Positions 19,161 through 28,539 of a stretch of 64,000 nucleotides of DNA are shown here, piece after piece. The DNA is from Terrimicrobiaceae bacterium (GTDB lineage: Bacteria; Verrucomicrobiota; Verrucomicrobiia; Chthoniobacterales; Terrimicrobiaceae). Under the pieces are notes generated by a model. It was given only the letters and a program-made list of their open reading frames with translations. It had not been told where the DNA came from and made no database searches. The position numbers and the translations under genes were made by a program. Position 1 is the first letter of the stretch, and each line of letters starts with the position of its first letter. The DNA is taken from positions 17,856-81,855 of the forward strand of contig JBGSVZ010000101.1 in the NCBI GenBank assembly GCA_041752695.1. The letters are read 5' to 3'.

Positions 19161-19715
19161 CTACATCGGGGAGTTTTCCGCCCGGATGCTTTCGATCTCG
19201 GGTTCGAGTTCGGCGCGCTGGTTTTTGTTCATCCGGTCGATGAAGAGAATGCCGTGGAGGTGGTCGTATTCGTGCTGGATGGCGCGGGCAAGAAGACCGT
19301 CGGCTTCAAATTCGATGAGCTCGTTGTTCATGGACAACGCCTTCACGCGCACAGAGAGCGGACGCACGATGTCGCCGCGCAACCCGGGGAAGCTGAGGCA
19401 GCCTTCGACACCGGATTTTTCGCGGCCGAAGGGTTCGATCTCGGGGTTGAGCAGGACGAGGGGCATGCAGGCCTCGACCTCGACGCGTTTGCCACCGATG
19501 CGGATTTCGCTGGGGCGGTCCGCGCCGGTCACATCGACCACACACATCTGGATGGGCATGCCAATTTGTTGTGCGGCGAGTCCGACGCCGTCGGCATCGA
19601 CCATGGTGTCGAGCATATCCTCGGCGAGTTTGTGGAGTTTGGCGTCGATGGTTTCCACGCGGCGGCCTTTGGCCCGCAGGGCAGGGTGGCCGTATTGGAC
19701 GATGTCGAGGATCAT
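19161..19715 (-). CDS. def: Peptide deformylase
   Basis: GVGLAAQQ, EGCLSFP, QHEYDHL. Confidence 0.97.
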   Translation of the reverse strand: MILDIVQYGHPALRAKGRRVETIDAKLHKLAEDMLDTMVDADGVGLAAQQIGMPIQMCVVDVTGADRPSEIRIGGKRVEVEACMPLVLLNPEIEPFGREKSGVEGCLSFPGLRGDIVRPLSVRVKALSMNNELIEFEADGLLARAIQHEYDHLHGILFIDRMNKNQRAELEPEIESIRAENSPM

Positions 19716-20128
19716 GGCTGGGTTGGCTGGGTGAAGGCGGGGACGTTTTTTATCCCGGCTTCCTTGAGGGCGTCCAGCACGGAGACAACGACGCCAAAGG
19801 GCGCGGTCTTGTCGGCCTGGAGGGCAATGGGACGTTCGGGGGATTGCTCGCGGGCGGCCTTGAGAGAGGCTCCGAGGTCGGCGAGGGCAACGGGTTTGTC
19901 GTCAAGGGTGATGGTGTCCTCGCCTTTCACGCTGAGCACGAGAGGTTCTTTTTTCTCGGCCGGGGCGGCTTCGGCGGTTTTGCTGTCGGGAAGGTTGATC
20001 TGCAACTGCGGCTGATTTTTTTTAAACGTGGTGGTGACGATAAAAAAGATGAGCAGGATGGCCAGGATGTCGATCAGCGAGACGATGATGATCGCCGGGG
20101 TCTTCTTTTTCTTGGTGTGAAATTTCAT
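19712..20128 (-). CDS. exbD: ExbD/TolR biopolymer transport protein
   Basis: SLIDILAILLIFF TM containing Asp; LQADK..PFG.VV.VLD. Confidence 0.9.
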   Translation of the reverse strand: MKFHTKKKKTPAIIIVSLIDILAILLIFFIVTTTFKKNQPQLQINLPDSKTAEAAPAEKKEPLVLSVKGEDTITLDDKPVALADLGASLKAAREQSPERPIALQADKTAPFGVVVSVLDALKEAGIKNVPAFTQPTQP

Positions 20129-20769
20129 CGTTCGTTCCGTGCGGTGCCCTGCGGGTAGCATTTGGCGATGAGGTCCGCGATGAGCGATTCCATTTCGACG
20201 GACATCACTTCGATCCGGCGTTGGAAGTGGTTGTAGGCGATGAGGCAGGGCACAGAAACACCGAGGCCGACGATGGTGGTATTGAGCGCCTCGGCGATGC
20301 CGCGGGCGACGGCGGTGGGGTCGGAGCCCACGGCGGCGAAGATGCCGACGAGGCCGGAGAGCGTGCCCAGGAGGCCGAGCAGGGGGGCGATCCCGGTGGC
20401 GATTTCCAGCAGGACGAGGCCATTCTCCAGGCGGGCGACTTCGTGACGGGCGCGGGTTTGCACGGCTTCGACGGTCTCGGAGCGCGGCCAGGTGAGGTGT
20501 TTGAGGACGGTGGCGGCAACGCGGCCCAGCGGCGAGGGGTGGCGGGCGACAAGCTTCTCGAGGCGGGTGAGGTCGTTGCCGGGCTGGAGGCGCTCAATTT
20601 CGTCCACAATCATCGGGGGAAGGACGGCTTTTTCCCGCAGCACCATCCCGCGCAGGATCATGACGGTGACGGCTGTGATGGACAGCAGGAGCAGGAAGAT
20701 CATGAAAATTCCGCCCTGTTCGAAAAAGCGGAAGGCGGAAGTGAGGGCGGAGGCGATGGGCAGATCCAT
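20125..20769 (-). CDS. exbB: ExbB/TolQ/MotA proton channel
   Basis: APLLGLLGT and GIAEALNTTIVGL. Confidence 0.9.
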   Translation of the reverse strand: MDLPIASALTSAFRFFEQGGIFMIFLLLLSITAVTVMILRGMVLREKAVLPPMIVDEIERLQPGNDLTRLEKLVARHPSPLGRVAATVLKHLTWPRSETVEAVQTRARHEVARLENGLVLLEIATGIAPLLGLLGTLSGLVGIFAAVGSDPTAVARGIAEALNTTIVGLGVSVPCLIAYNHFQRRIEVMSVEMESLIADLIAKCYPQGTARNER

Positions 20770-21767
20770 TAATTTGAAATGATGGTGAACGAGTATTCGA
20801 TTTCGATCCGGCCGTTTTCCAGCATGGGAACGATTTCCTTCGGAATCGGAGGGATTTCAGCTTCCATGATCGCCTGCACACTGCAAGCCGCAAAGCTCTC
20901 GTTGGAGGAGTTGCTGACCACTTTAATCCGTTCCACCTTGCCGTCCGGTCGGACGACAAAGCGGACTTCGAGTGTGCCGATGTTTAGGAGGCCAATCTGA
21001 TCGTTGACGTAATAATACCAGCGGGAGCCGATGGCGTCGGAGAGCATTTTTTTGTAGCGGCCGATGGGGGTGGCATTAGCAGCGACGGAGGCTCGCCCGC
21101 GGTTGGAAATATTGCCGCGGATGCGGGTGATCCGTTCCTGCGGCTGGTAGCCGGGGGTGCTGGGCTGGGCGGGTTTCGGCGGAATTTTCTCGGCGGGCTT
21201 TTTGGTTTCCGGCTTTGGCTCGGTCTTGGGTTTGGGGGGCTCAAGAAGCGCGATTTGGGCAATGGGCTTGGGGGTGGGAACCGCCTCGGCCTTTTCGACC
21301 TTGGGTTCGGGCGGGGCGGTTTCCTGCTCGGGCTGGGGTGGTGGAGCGGCGGGCCTGGGTTCACGCCCGGCGGTGTAGTTCCGGTTTTCGAAACTGATGC
21401 CGGGGGCGGTTTCCCCGTCCATCGTGGGGAGCGGCGCATCGCCGGAGGCAGGAAGAGCGGAGGCGGCGGCAGTGTCCTTGTCGGATTCGAAGGCCGGATT
21501 CTCTGGGGGTTTGTCCACGCGCTGCGTCTCGTTGGTGGCGATGTATTCCGGCGCGGTCTTGGGTTTGGGCGGAGGCGCGTCCATCAGCGTGATCTCGACG
21601 GGAGTCTCATCAGAGGGCTCGGGTGGAGGAATCTCAGGACGAAAACCCAGCAGGACCGCGATGAGAAGAATGAGCAGCAGGTGAAGGAGCACCGAGATGC
21701 CGGCAGCGACCGCGGTCTTTTTGCGCTCGTTGAGACGGCCGCCGGATATCAGGGCGAAAGAACTCAT
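20769..21767 (-). CDS. TonB/TolA-like energy transducer
   Basis: N-terminal SVLLH TM, Pro/Lys/Glu-rich linker, C-terminal TonB_C/TolA-like domain (SNSSNESF). Confidence 0.8.
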   Translation of the reverse strand: MSSFALISGGRLNERKKTAVAAGISVLLHLLLILLIAVLLGFRPEIPPPEPSDETPVEITLMDAPPPKPKTAPEYIATNETQRVDKPPENPAFESDKDTAAASALPASGDAPLPTMDGETAPGISFENRNYTAGREPRPAAPPPQPEQETAPPEPKVEKAEAVPTPKPIAQIALLEPPKPKTEPKPETKKPAEKIPPKPAQPSTPGYQPQERITRIRGNISNRGRASVAANATPIGRYKKMLSDAIGSRWYYYVNDQIGLLNIGTLEVRFVVRPDGKVERIKVVSNSSNESFAACSVQAIMEAEIPPIPKEIVPMLENGRIEIEYSFTIISN

Positions 21768-22609
21768 CCGGGCAGGGTGCGGCTGATCCGGGCGTGATGA
21801 AAAAGGTATTGCTGAACGTACCCGGCGTAGGCCCCAAACCGACGGGCGGAGAAACGTTCCAGTTCGGCCAGCGTTCCCTTGCGTTTGCGCATGGCTTGGA
21901 GAATTCGGGCGATCCAGACATCCACCGGGACGGAGTCGAGGCGTTCGTAGGCGAAAAGCAACACGCAATTCGCCACCTTGCGTCCCACGCCGGGAAGGGT
22001 GCAGAGCGCGCCGCGCAATTCGTCGGTGGGGAGAGTGCGGAGGCCGGCGAGATCGACGTTTCCCGAGGCCACTTCGGCGGCCGTGAGGCGAAGACTTTTT
22101 GCGCGAAACCCGAGTCCACAGGTCCGGAGGTCCTCTTCGGTCGCGGTGGCAAGGATTTCCGGTGTGGGGTAGGCATTAATGGAAGAACCGGAAACGGGCG
22201 CACCAAAACGCGCTCGGAGGGCGAGTGACATTTGCCGGATGTGAGCGACCTGTTTCATCGGTGACGTGATGAATGTGCCGAGGCACTCCCAGAGGGGCTG
22301 ACGGAGGATGCGTAGCCCGCGGCAAGAGTCCAGTGCCGCGAGGCTGAAGGGATCCGTGGGAAAGGACGCGTAGATGGCCTCGAGCGGATGGTCGAGCGCG
22401 AGGTAGTTGCGCGCCAGCTCGGCTTGATGGGCCGGAACTTGGATCGTGCCGCCTGTCTGGGAAACCGAAAGCGACACGTCACCGACAAGAACCTGCCAGC
22501 CGTTGGCCTCCGGCATCGCATGAAAAATCTGCCCGCTCTGCAAGGTGCGGGCGAGGTCAAATTCCGGCGCGGGAATCTCCGCCAAGGTCCGCGCTTTTTT
22601 CTCAGACAT
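21764..22609 (-). CDS. 8-oxoguanine DNA glycosylase (OGG1-like, HhH-GPD)
   Basis: TLQSGQIF, GLRILRQ, LPGVGRKVANC..VPVDVW, AGYVQQYLF. Confidence 0.9.
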   Translation of the reverse strand: MSEKKARTLAEIPAPEFDLARTLQSGQIFHAMPEANGWQVLVGDVSLSVSQTGGTIQVPAHQAELARNYLALDHPLEAIYASFPTDPFSLAALDSCRGLRILRQPLWECLGTFITSPMKQVAHIRQMSLALRARFGAPVSGSSINAYPTPEILATATEEDLRTCGLGFRAKSLRLTAAEVASGNVDLAGLRTLPTDELRGALCTLPGVGRKVANCVLLFAYERLDSVPVDVWIARILQAMRKRKGTLAELERFSARRFGAYAGYVQQYLFHHARISRTLPG

Positions 22610-23963
22610 CGAGGACAGCGGGATCGCCGTAGAGGGTCGAGGTGGTGGTCGAGGTGATGGCCACGTCGAAGACCTGGCCGATGTGGCGCGGAGCGCCTTC
22701 GAAAACCACCACCTTGTTGGTTCTGGTCCGTCCCATCAGGCGGTTCGGGTTATTTTTGCTCGGCCCCTCGCACAGAATTTCCACCGTCGTGCCGACCAGC
22801 GCGTTTAATTTGATTTGAGAATGACGGCTGATCACCTCGAGCAAATCCTGATTGCGGGCTTCGCGAATTTCCTCGGGCACTTGTTCCGCCATCGTCGCCG
22901 CCGGGGTGTCGCGCCGGGGCGAGTAGCGGAAGACAAAGGCGTGATCGAAACCGACGTGGTCCGCCAGTTGTTTCGTGAGTTGGTAGTCTTCCTCCGTCTC
23001 GCCCGGAAAACCGACGATGACGTCGGTGGTGAGGGCTACGCCGGGCCGCGCGGCGCGGAGTTTTTCCACCAGACGCAGATATTTTTCCACCGTGTAGCCC
23101 CGGCGCATAATTTTTAAAATGCGATCCGAGCCGCTCTGCAGCGGGAGATGGACGTGTTCCACCAACTTGGGCAGACGGTCAAAAGCGCCGATGAGATCGT
23201 CACGAAATCCAATCGGGTGCGGCGAGGTGAAACGCACGCGCTCAATGCCCTCCACTGCACAGGCCGCTTCGATCAGTTGGACAAACGGGCTGAGGCCATC
23301 GCGTTTGGGAAATTCGTGGCGCCCGTAGAGATTGACGATTTGCCCCAGCAGAGTGACCTCGCGCACGCCTTGCGCGGCGAGGCTGTGGATCTCGGTGACA
23401 ATGTCCTCGATCGACCGGCTGCGTTCCGAACCGCGGGTGTAGGGAACGATGCAAAAGGCGCAATGCATGTTGCAGCCCTGCATGATGGAGACAAACGCCG
23501 TGGCTTGTTGTCCCTTGAGGACGTGGTCGCGAATGGTGGATTGGGAGTTGGCCTCCTCATCAGTGTCCACAATGGCAAGGCGTTCGTCGTCGATGCGGGC
23601 CTCGAGGCGGCGCAGGAGGAGTTCGTCCACATAGTCGGCAACGCGGTGAAATTTTTGCGTGCCCGCCACGAGATCCACGCCGGGGGAGGCGACCAGTTCC
23701 GCGCCGCGACTTTGTGCCATGCATCCAAGATAGCCAAGGATGAGGTGGGGACGGGTCTGCCGGAGCTTTTGCAGCATGCCCATTTTCCCAATGGCTTTTT
23801 GTTCGGCCATGTCGCGCACGCTGCAGGTGTTGAGCAGGATGACGTCGGCATCGGTTTCCGAGGAGACCAGGTGATGGCCCCGCGCGACGAGCGAGCGGGC
23901 GACGTGTTCGGAGTCGCGCTCGTTCATCTGGCATCCGTAGGTCTTGATGTAAATGGCCGGCAT
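22602..23963 (-). CDS. miaB: tRNA methylthiotransferase MiaB
   Basis: TYGCQMNERDSE, NTCSVR, radical SAM motif CNMHCAFC, C-terminal TRAM domain. Confidence 0.96.
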   Translation of the reverse strand: MPAIYIKTYGCQMNERDSEHVARSLVARGHHLVSSETDADVILLNTCSVRDMAEQKAIGKMGMLQKLRQTRPHLILGYLGCMAQSRGAELVASPGVDLVAGTQKFHRVADYVDELLLRRLEARIDDERLAIVDTDEEANSQSTIRDHVLKGQQATAFVSIMQGCNMHCAFCIVPYTRGSERSRSIEDIVTEIHSLAAQGVREVTLLGQIVNLYGRHEFPKRDGLSPFVQLIEAACAVEGIERVRFTSPHPIGFRDDLIGAFDRLPKLVEHVHLPLQSGSDRILKIMRRGYTVEKYLRLVEKLRAARPGVALTTDVIVGFPGETEEDYQLTKQLADHVGFDHAFVFRYSPRRDTPAATMAEQVPEEIREARNQDLLEVISRHSQIKLNALVGTTVEILCEGPSKNNPNRLMGRTRTNKVVVFEGAPRHIGQVFDVAITSTTTSTLYGDPAVLDV

Positions 23964-24071
23964 GAAACGAATGGGCAAGTGTAGCGGGTTCCCGGGAAAG
24001 TTCCAGCCCCTTGACGCGGGACCACATGACGGATTGCAGATGTCCGCACCGTGTGCTTTGTTTCGCGCCGC

Positions 24072-24707
24072 ATGCCGCCGGATTCTGAGATTCCACCCGA
24101 CGAAAAGCTTTCCGAAGCCCTCAGGCGACTTCTGCAGGAGGCCGGGGGCCGCCCCATGAAGATTCGCGAGATGATCGAGGTCCTGCGGGGTCGCGGTCTG
24201 CAGATGATCATCGTGCTGCTTTGCCTGCCCTTTCTTTCGCCCGTGACCATCCCAGGCATTTCCATTCCGTTCGGACTGGCCATCGCGCTCTGCGGGCTGC
24301 GCATTGGCTTTGGTCACAAACCCTGGCTACCCGGATTCATTCTCGAACGCAGCCTGTCCTACCACGCCTTGGAAAAAATGGTCCATGCCGGGTGTAAAAT
24401 TTATGGACGGCTGGAAAAAATCATTCGTCCGCGGCTCTCGTTTTTTCTTGTGGGCCCCGGGATGCCGATGCTGGTCGGACTGGCGATTGCGGTGGCGGGG
24501 GGCTTGCTCAGCCTGCCCATTCCGCCGCCTTTCATCCTCACCAATACCATCCCCGGACTCGCCATCATTCTCTTGGCGCTTGGCCTGATGGAGCGCGATG
24601 GGGTGCTGATTGTTCTCGGCTACGTCCTTGTGGTGATCGGCCTGGTTTACGTGGTGCTCATCGCCGTGCTCGGCAAGGAGCTCTGGCGATTCCTGACCGG
24701 CGGGTAG
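24072..24707 (+). CDS. ExoD-family exopolysaccharide synthesis membrane protein
   Basis: PWLPGFIL, LPIP..TNTIPGLAIILLALGLMERDG. Confidence 0.88.
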   Translation: MPPDSEIPPDEKLSEALRRLLQEAGGRPMKIREMIEVLRGRGLQMIIVLLCLPFLSPVTIPGISIPFGLAIALCGLRIGFGHKPWLPGFILERSLSYHALEKMVHAGCKIYGRLEKIIRPRLSFFLVGPGMPMLVGLAIAVAGGLLSLPIPPPFILTNTIPGLAIILLALGLMERDGVLIVLGYVLVVIGLVYVVLIAVLGKELWRFLTGG

Positions 24708-24714
24708 GGACGCG

Positions 24715-24738
24715 TTGGAGTCCAGCCTTCAGGCTGTC
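24715..24738 (+). repeat. REP-like palindromic repeat, copy 1
   Basis: TTGGAGTCCAGCCTTCAGGCTGTC; the same element recurs at 31330, 33586 and twice at 41225-41285. Confidence 0.85.
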
Positions 24739-24756
24739 CGGCCGGCCGCCCACTTT

Positions 24757-25818
24757 CTAACCACAACCATTCTTATCGAGAACCATTTTCCGCAGTCGCG
24801 AGTCGGACTCGCGGATGGGGTAAACCTTCGCCGGCATGATCTCCTCGCTGAAGTCCGTGCGGCAGACGCCGCTGTAGCCGATCATGAGTTGAAAGCGCGG
24901 TTTTACGGAATTCCGGCTGCCGAAATGCAGACAGCCCGATGATTCGATAAACAGGACTTTGCCGCGCTTCCCCGTGAACTCGATGACAGCCTTCGGGTCC
25001 ACCACGGAATACACATCCTCGTCGCTCATCCGGTAGCCGCGCTTGGGGGTCCAGTAGTCGAGGCGCGCCTTGGCTTCCATGGAAATGGACCGCGGCAGAA
25101 ACGTCCAGGGCCCGTTTTCCTTGGTCGTATCCTCCAGCAGCACGAGCACGTAAACATTAGGCAGAGAGTAATAATCTATGTGGAAAAGCTGGCTGTCGTG
25201 CGGGGTATCCGGCTGGTCGTCGTAGGCGGCATTGGATTCCACGAAGCGGATGCCTGAGGGCAAGGTGGTGGTGAGAGCCGGGATGCATTCGAGGTACTCG
25301 GCCACGGGCGCAATAACGTCGCTGGACGTCACAAAATCCAGAAAGGCCGGATACGTTTCGAGGTCGGCCGGGGTCCAGATATCCTGAAAATAACTGCGGT
25401 AGGTTCCGGTGGAGGATTTACGGACCCCTGCGCGCTCGGCGATGATTTTTTCCGAATCCGCCAGCACGCGGTCAAGGTGCGGCAGGGAGAGCGAGTCGTC
25501 CATCGCCCAGCCGTCCTTGATCTGGATGCGCGGCCGGGTGGGGGAGCCGTTTTCTTCGAGTAAAGCGTCGAAATGCTCGCGATACAGGGTTCGCCGCAAG
25601 GCGTCCTGCCTGCCGAATTTGATTTTGTTGTACGTGTGGGCCAGTTGCATCGTGTTGGCGATGCCGAGGTGGGCCATGTGATTTTCGTGCAGCCGCTTCG
25701 CGACCGGTTGAAAGAGGGAATCAAAGGTGGAACTCACGGCGATGGGAGGTTGGTGGCATGGGAGGATATCGGCGGGAAAGGAAGGGTCAAGCCGTCCGGC
25801 GGGCGACGAGGCAGGCAT
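24757..25818 (-). CDS. Fe(II)/2-oxoglutarate dioxygenase, PhyH-like
   Basis: FHID (HxD), LLEDTTKENGP, LHFGSR (distal His) followed by Arg. Confidence 0.75.
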   Translation of the reverse strand: MPASSPAGRLDPSFPADILPCHQPPIAVSSTFDSLFQPVAKRLHENHMAHLGIANTMQLAHTYNKIKFGRQDALRRTLYREHFDALLEENGSPTRPRIQIKDGWAMDDSLSLPHLDRVLADSEKIIAERAGVRKSSTGTYRSYFQDIWTPADLETYPAFLDFVTSSDVIAPVAEYLECIPALTTTLPSGIRFVESNAAYDDQPDTPHDSQLFHIDYYSLPNVYVLVLLEDTTKENGPWTFLPRSISMEAKARLDYWTPKRGYRMSDEDVYSVVDPKAVIEFTGKRGKVLFIESSGCLHFGSRNSVKPRFQLMIGYSGVCRTDFSEEIMPAKVYPIRESDSRLRKMVLDKNGCG

Positions 25819-26662
25819 GGGTAGCGTCCTTCGGGATGGCTTTACCCTGAATGTCGCGATTTCTGGGGTTGGAGGAAAAAATGAGGGCAAAGTCTTCCTT
25901 GTGAAACCCCGCTTTGTCGAAAAGCGCGGTAAACTCCCCTTCGGAAATCGCGTAGGTGCGGGAGTTTTTGGTGTAGGCAGCGGTGCGGTGGAGGATTTGC
26001 TCCTGCTCCCCGGGGGACGCCGGATGCAGGTCGGCCATGCGTTCGGCGACCACGTGGGCTAATGTCCGTCCGGCATCCGAGGAAAAAGAGATCTCCCTGG
26101 GAACACCTGCCGGCCGCACGCGATTCACCGCAATGGCGGTGCCGCCAGGGCGCAGAAGCGAGTGCCATTTTTCGACGAGGGCGGGGCGGAGTTCGGGCAC
26201 GAATTGTCCCATAAACGAATGACTGCAGATGACATCGAAGGGTTCGTCGGGCTGAAAATCCAGGATGTTCCCACGCACCGTTTGAATCTTGCAGTGGCAG
26301 CGTTCCGCATACCAGGAATTGAAATGCAGGGGCGTGGGGCAGAGGTCCAGCACGGTGAGGGCTGGCTCGAAGCCACTTTCGCGGCAGGCCCAGAGGGCAT
26401 GAGCAAGGATCGAATAGTCCGCGGCGCCGGATATCAACACGCGCGGACACGCGTGGCGCAGGCCGAGCTTTTGGAAGGCGTTGAGATAAAACTCCGCCTG
26501 ATGTTCGGGCGAGGCGGCGAGCCCAATCACGCGCAGATCCTGCCAAAGACCGTGATACCACGAACAGTCCTCGCCGGAGCTCGGGTCTCTCCGGCAGAGC
26601 CCTTCCGCCATCCGCCTGGCCATCGGCGCGCTCAAGTTTAGAGGTTCCTCGGGACGGTTCAT
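25787..26662 (-). CDS. Class I SAM-dependent methyltransferase
   Basis: VLISGAAD, VLDLC, FDVICSH, LLRPGG. ATG 26662 overlaps the upstream stop codon. Confidence 0.8.
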   Translation of the reverse strand: MNRPEEPLNLSAPMARRMAEGLCRRDPSSGEDCSWYHGLWQDLRVIGLAASPEHQAEFYLNAFQKLGLRHACPRVLISGAADYSILAHALWACRESGFEPALTVLDLCPTPLHFNSWYAERCHCKIQTVRGNILDFQPDEPFDVICSHSFMGQFVPELRPALVEKWHSLLRPGGTAIAVNRVRPAGVPREISFSSDAGRTLAHVVAERMADLHPASPGEQEQILHRTAAYTKNSRTYAISEGEFTALFDKAGFHKEDFALIFSSNPRNRDIQGKAIPKDATHACLVARRTA

Positions 26663-28539
26663 GAGCTGATGGTTCCGTAAACCGCTTGCGGGCGGGAGTA
26701 AAACTCCAGATCCCACCGACCGTGTTCCGGCGGGCCGAGGCCGGAGGATTTCCAGCCGAGAAAAGGAGCCTCGGGGTCCACGGGATGGCGAGCGGGATTG
26801 ATCCGGAGGATGCCGGCCTCGGCCATTTCGAGGAACCGCGATTGGATGACCGGATCGCGGGAAAACACACTCGCGACGAGGCCCTGCTCGACCCCATTGC
26901 ACAAGGAGATGGCGTGAGCGAAGTCCTCCGCCGGTAAAACGACCGCGACGGGTCCGAAGGTTTCTTCCCGCACGATGGGGGCGTTTGGGTCGCTTGCGGC
27001 AATCAGGGTGGGGGAAAACCAAGCCCCGACGAGACCAAGCGGAGCGGATCCTCCGCAAAGCAACGTCCCGCCTCCGGCCGCGAGGGCGTTTTTGACGACG
27101 GCGGCAACCCGTTCGCAATGCTCTCGCGAGATGAGTGGTCCGATCTGGGTGGCGGGATCGTGCGGATCTCCGAGGACAAGATTCTGGATCTCGGCGACAA
27201 GCATCGCCTGAAACACCGCGCCGACGGATTTCTCCACAATGATGCGGCGCGTGGCGGTGCAGCGTTGTCCGGCGAAGCCGAAGGCCGAAAGCGCGATCGA
27301 ACGCGCGGCAAGTTCGAGGTCGGCATCCGCCAGCACCAGGGCCGCATTGTTGCCGCCGAGTTCCGCCTGCAGAGGGATTCTCCGGACATGGCAAAAAGCG
27401 GCCACGGCCGCGCCCGCGCAGTTCGAGCCGGTGAACGAGACTGCGGCTATGCCGGGCTGGGCGAGAAGTTCGTGAGCGGCTGTCTGTCCTCCCGAAATGA
27501 CCTCCACCAAACCGGGAGGAAAGGCGGCGGCTTCGAGCAGGGCCTGCGCGGCGCGAGGCGCGGTCGGGGAGGGTTTCCAGACCACGGTGTTTCCGAGAGC
27601 CAGCGCCGGGGCGATTTTTCCTGCCGGGATGGCGAGGGGATTGTTCCAGGGGGTGATCAGCGCGACGGTTCCCACCGGACGGTGGCGGACGCAAACGCCG
27701 TTCGAGGGAGCAGCTTCGTTTTTCGCCGCGGATTCCGCCAGGTTTATGGCGCAAACGATATGGGCTACGGCACGGTCCACTTCCTCGGCAGAGTCAGTGA
27801 GCGGTTTGCCAATTTCCCTGGCGATTAGACGAGAAAGGTTTGCGCGTTCGTTTTTCAGCCGATCCGCCCAGGCGCGTAGCAAGGCGGTCCGCTGGCAAAG
27901 CGGGGTTTTTGCCCAGCCGGTCTGGGTTTCTCGGGCCGCCCGCGTTTTTTCGGCGATGCCTTCCGCGTCAGGTCCTGCCGGAACGCTCCACCCGAATTCC
28001 GCGTAGAGCTTGTAGGAGGAGACAAAGCGCATTTCCCTCGCGTCCATCCACTGCCGCGAAAGCTCGGCGTGGGCGGGTTCGGGCGACGCCACGGCGTCCG
28101 CGGCGATTCGCACCTGATAACCGAGAGTGTAGGCATCGAGCGCGGTGGCCCGGATGCAGGCGTGGGTGTAAAGGCCCGCCAGAACGACGGTGTGGATCCC
28201 CTGAGCCGAGAGGGTTTCGTGCAGTGCCCCGGACTCGAAACCGCTGAAAAAGGTCTTCTTTACCACAAGCTCGCCGTCCCGCGGCGAAAGCGACGTAGGC
28301 GGCAATGCGCCCGGCGTGCCTTCGACGCAGGTCTGGTGATCGCGGGATTTCCAATGCCGCATCGCATCCGATCCGTCCGGCCCCACCAAGGTCTGAACGT
28401 GAATCACCGCCTGGCCGTTCTTGCGAAAACTGGTCAGCAATTTTTCCAGCCGGGGGACGAGTTCGCCCAGTGCGGGACTGAGTCCCGGACGGGCTAGATA
28501 ATCCTGCTGAACGTCAACCAGCAGCAGCGCGGGCTTCAT
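26659..28539 (-). CDS. Isochorismatase-family cysteine hydrolase fused to an aldehyde dehydrogenase
   Basis: N-terminal LLVDVQQD, KTFFSGF and HACI triad. C-terminal TPWNNP, FTGS, ELGG, GQRCTA, EETFGP. Confidence 0.88.
   Translation of the reverse strand: MKPALLLVDVQQDYLARPGLSPALGELVPRLEKLLTSFRKNGQAVIHVQTLVGPDGSDAMRHWKSRDHQTCVEGTPGALPPTSLSPRDGELVVKKTFFSGFESGALHETLSAQGIHTVVLAGLYTHACIRATALDAYTLGYQVRIAADAVASPEPAHAELSRQWMDAREMRFVSSYKLYAEFGWSVPAGPDAEGIAEKTRAARETQTGWAKTPLCQRTALLRAWADRLKNERANLSRLIAREIGKPLTDSAEEVDRAVAHIVCAINLAESAAKNEAAPSNGVCVRHRPVGTVALITPWNNPLAIPAGKIAPALALGNTVVWKPSPTAPRAAQALLEAAAFPPGLVEVISGGQTAAHELLAQPGIAAVSFTGSNCAGAAVAAFCHVRRIPLQAELGGNNAALVLADADLELAARSIALSAFGFAGQRCTATRRIIVEKSVGAVFQAMLVAEIQNLVLGDPHDPATQIGPLISREHCERVAAVVKNALAAGGGTLLCGGSAPLGLVGAWFSPTLIAASDPNAPIVREETFGPVAVVLPAEDFAHAISLCNGVEQGLVASVFSRDPVIQSRFLEMAEAGILRINPARHPVDPEAPFLGWKSSGLGPPEHGRWDLEFYSRPQAVYGTISS

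Noticed and set aside
26663..27754. N-terminal extension of the methyltransferase ORF (655 aa in the track)
   Set aside because: Overlaps the ALDH gene in another frame; ATG 26662, coupled to the upstream stop, is the plausible start.
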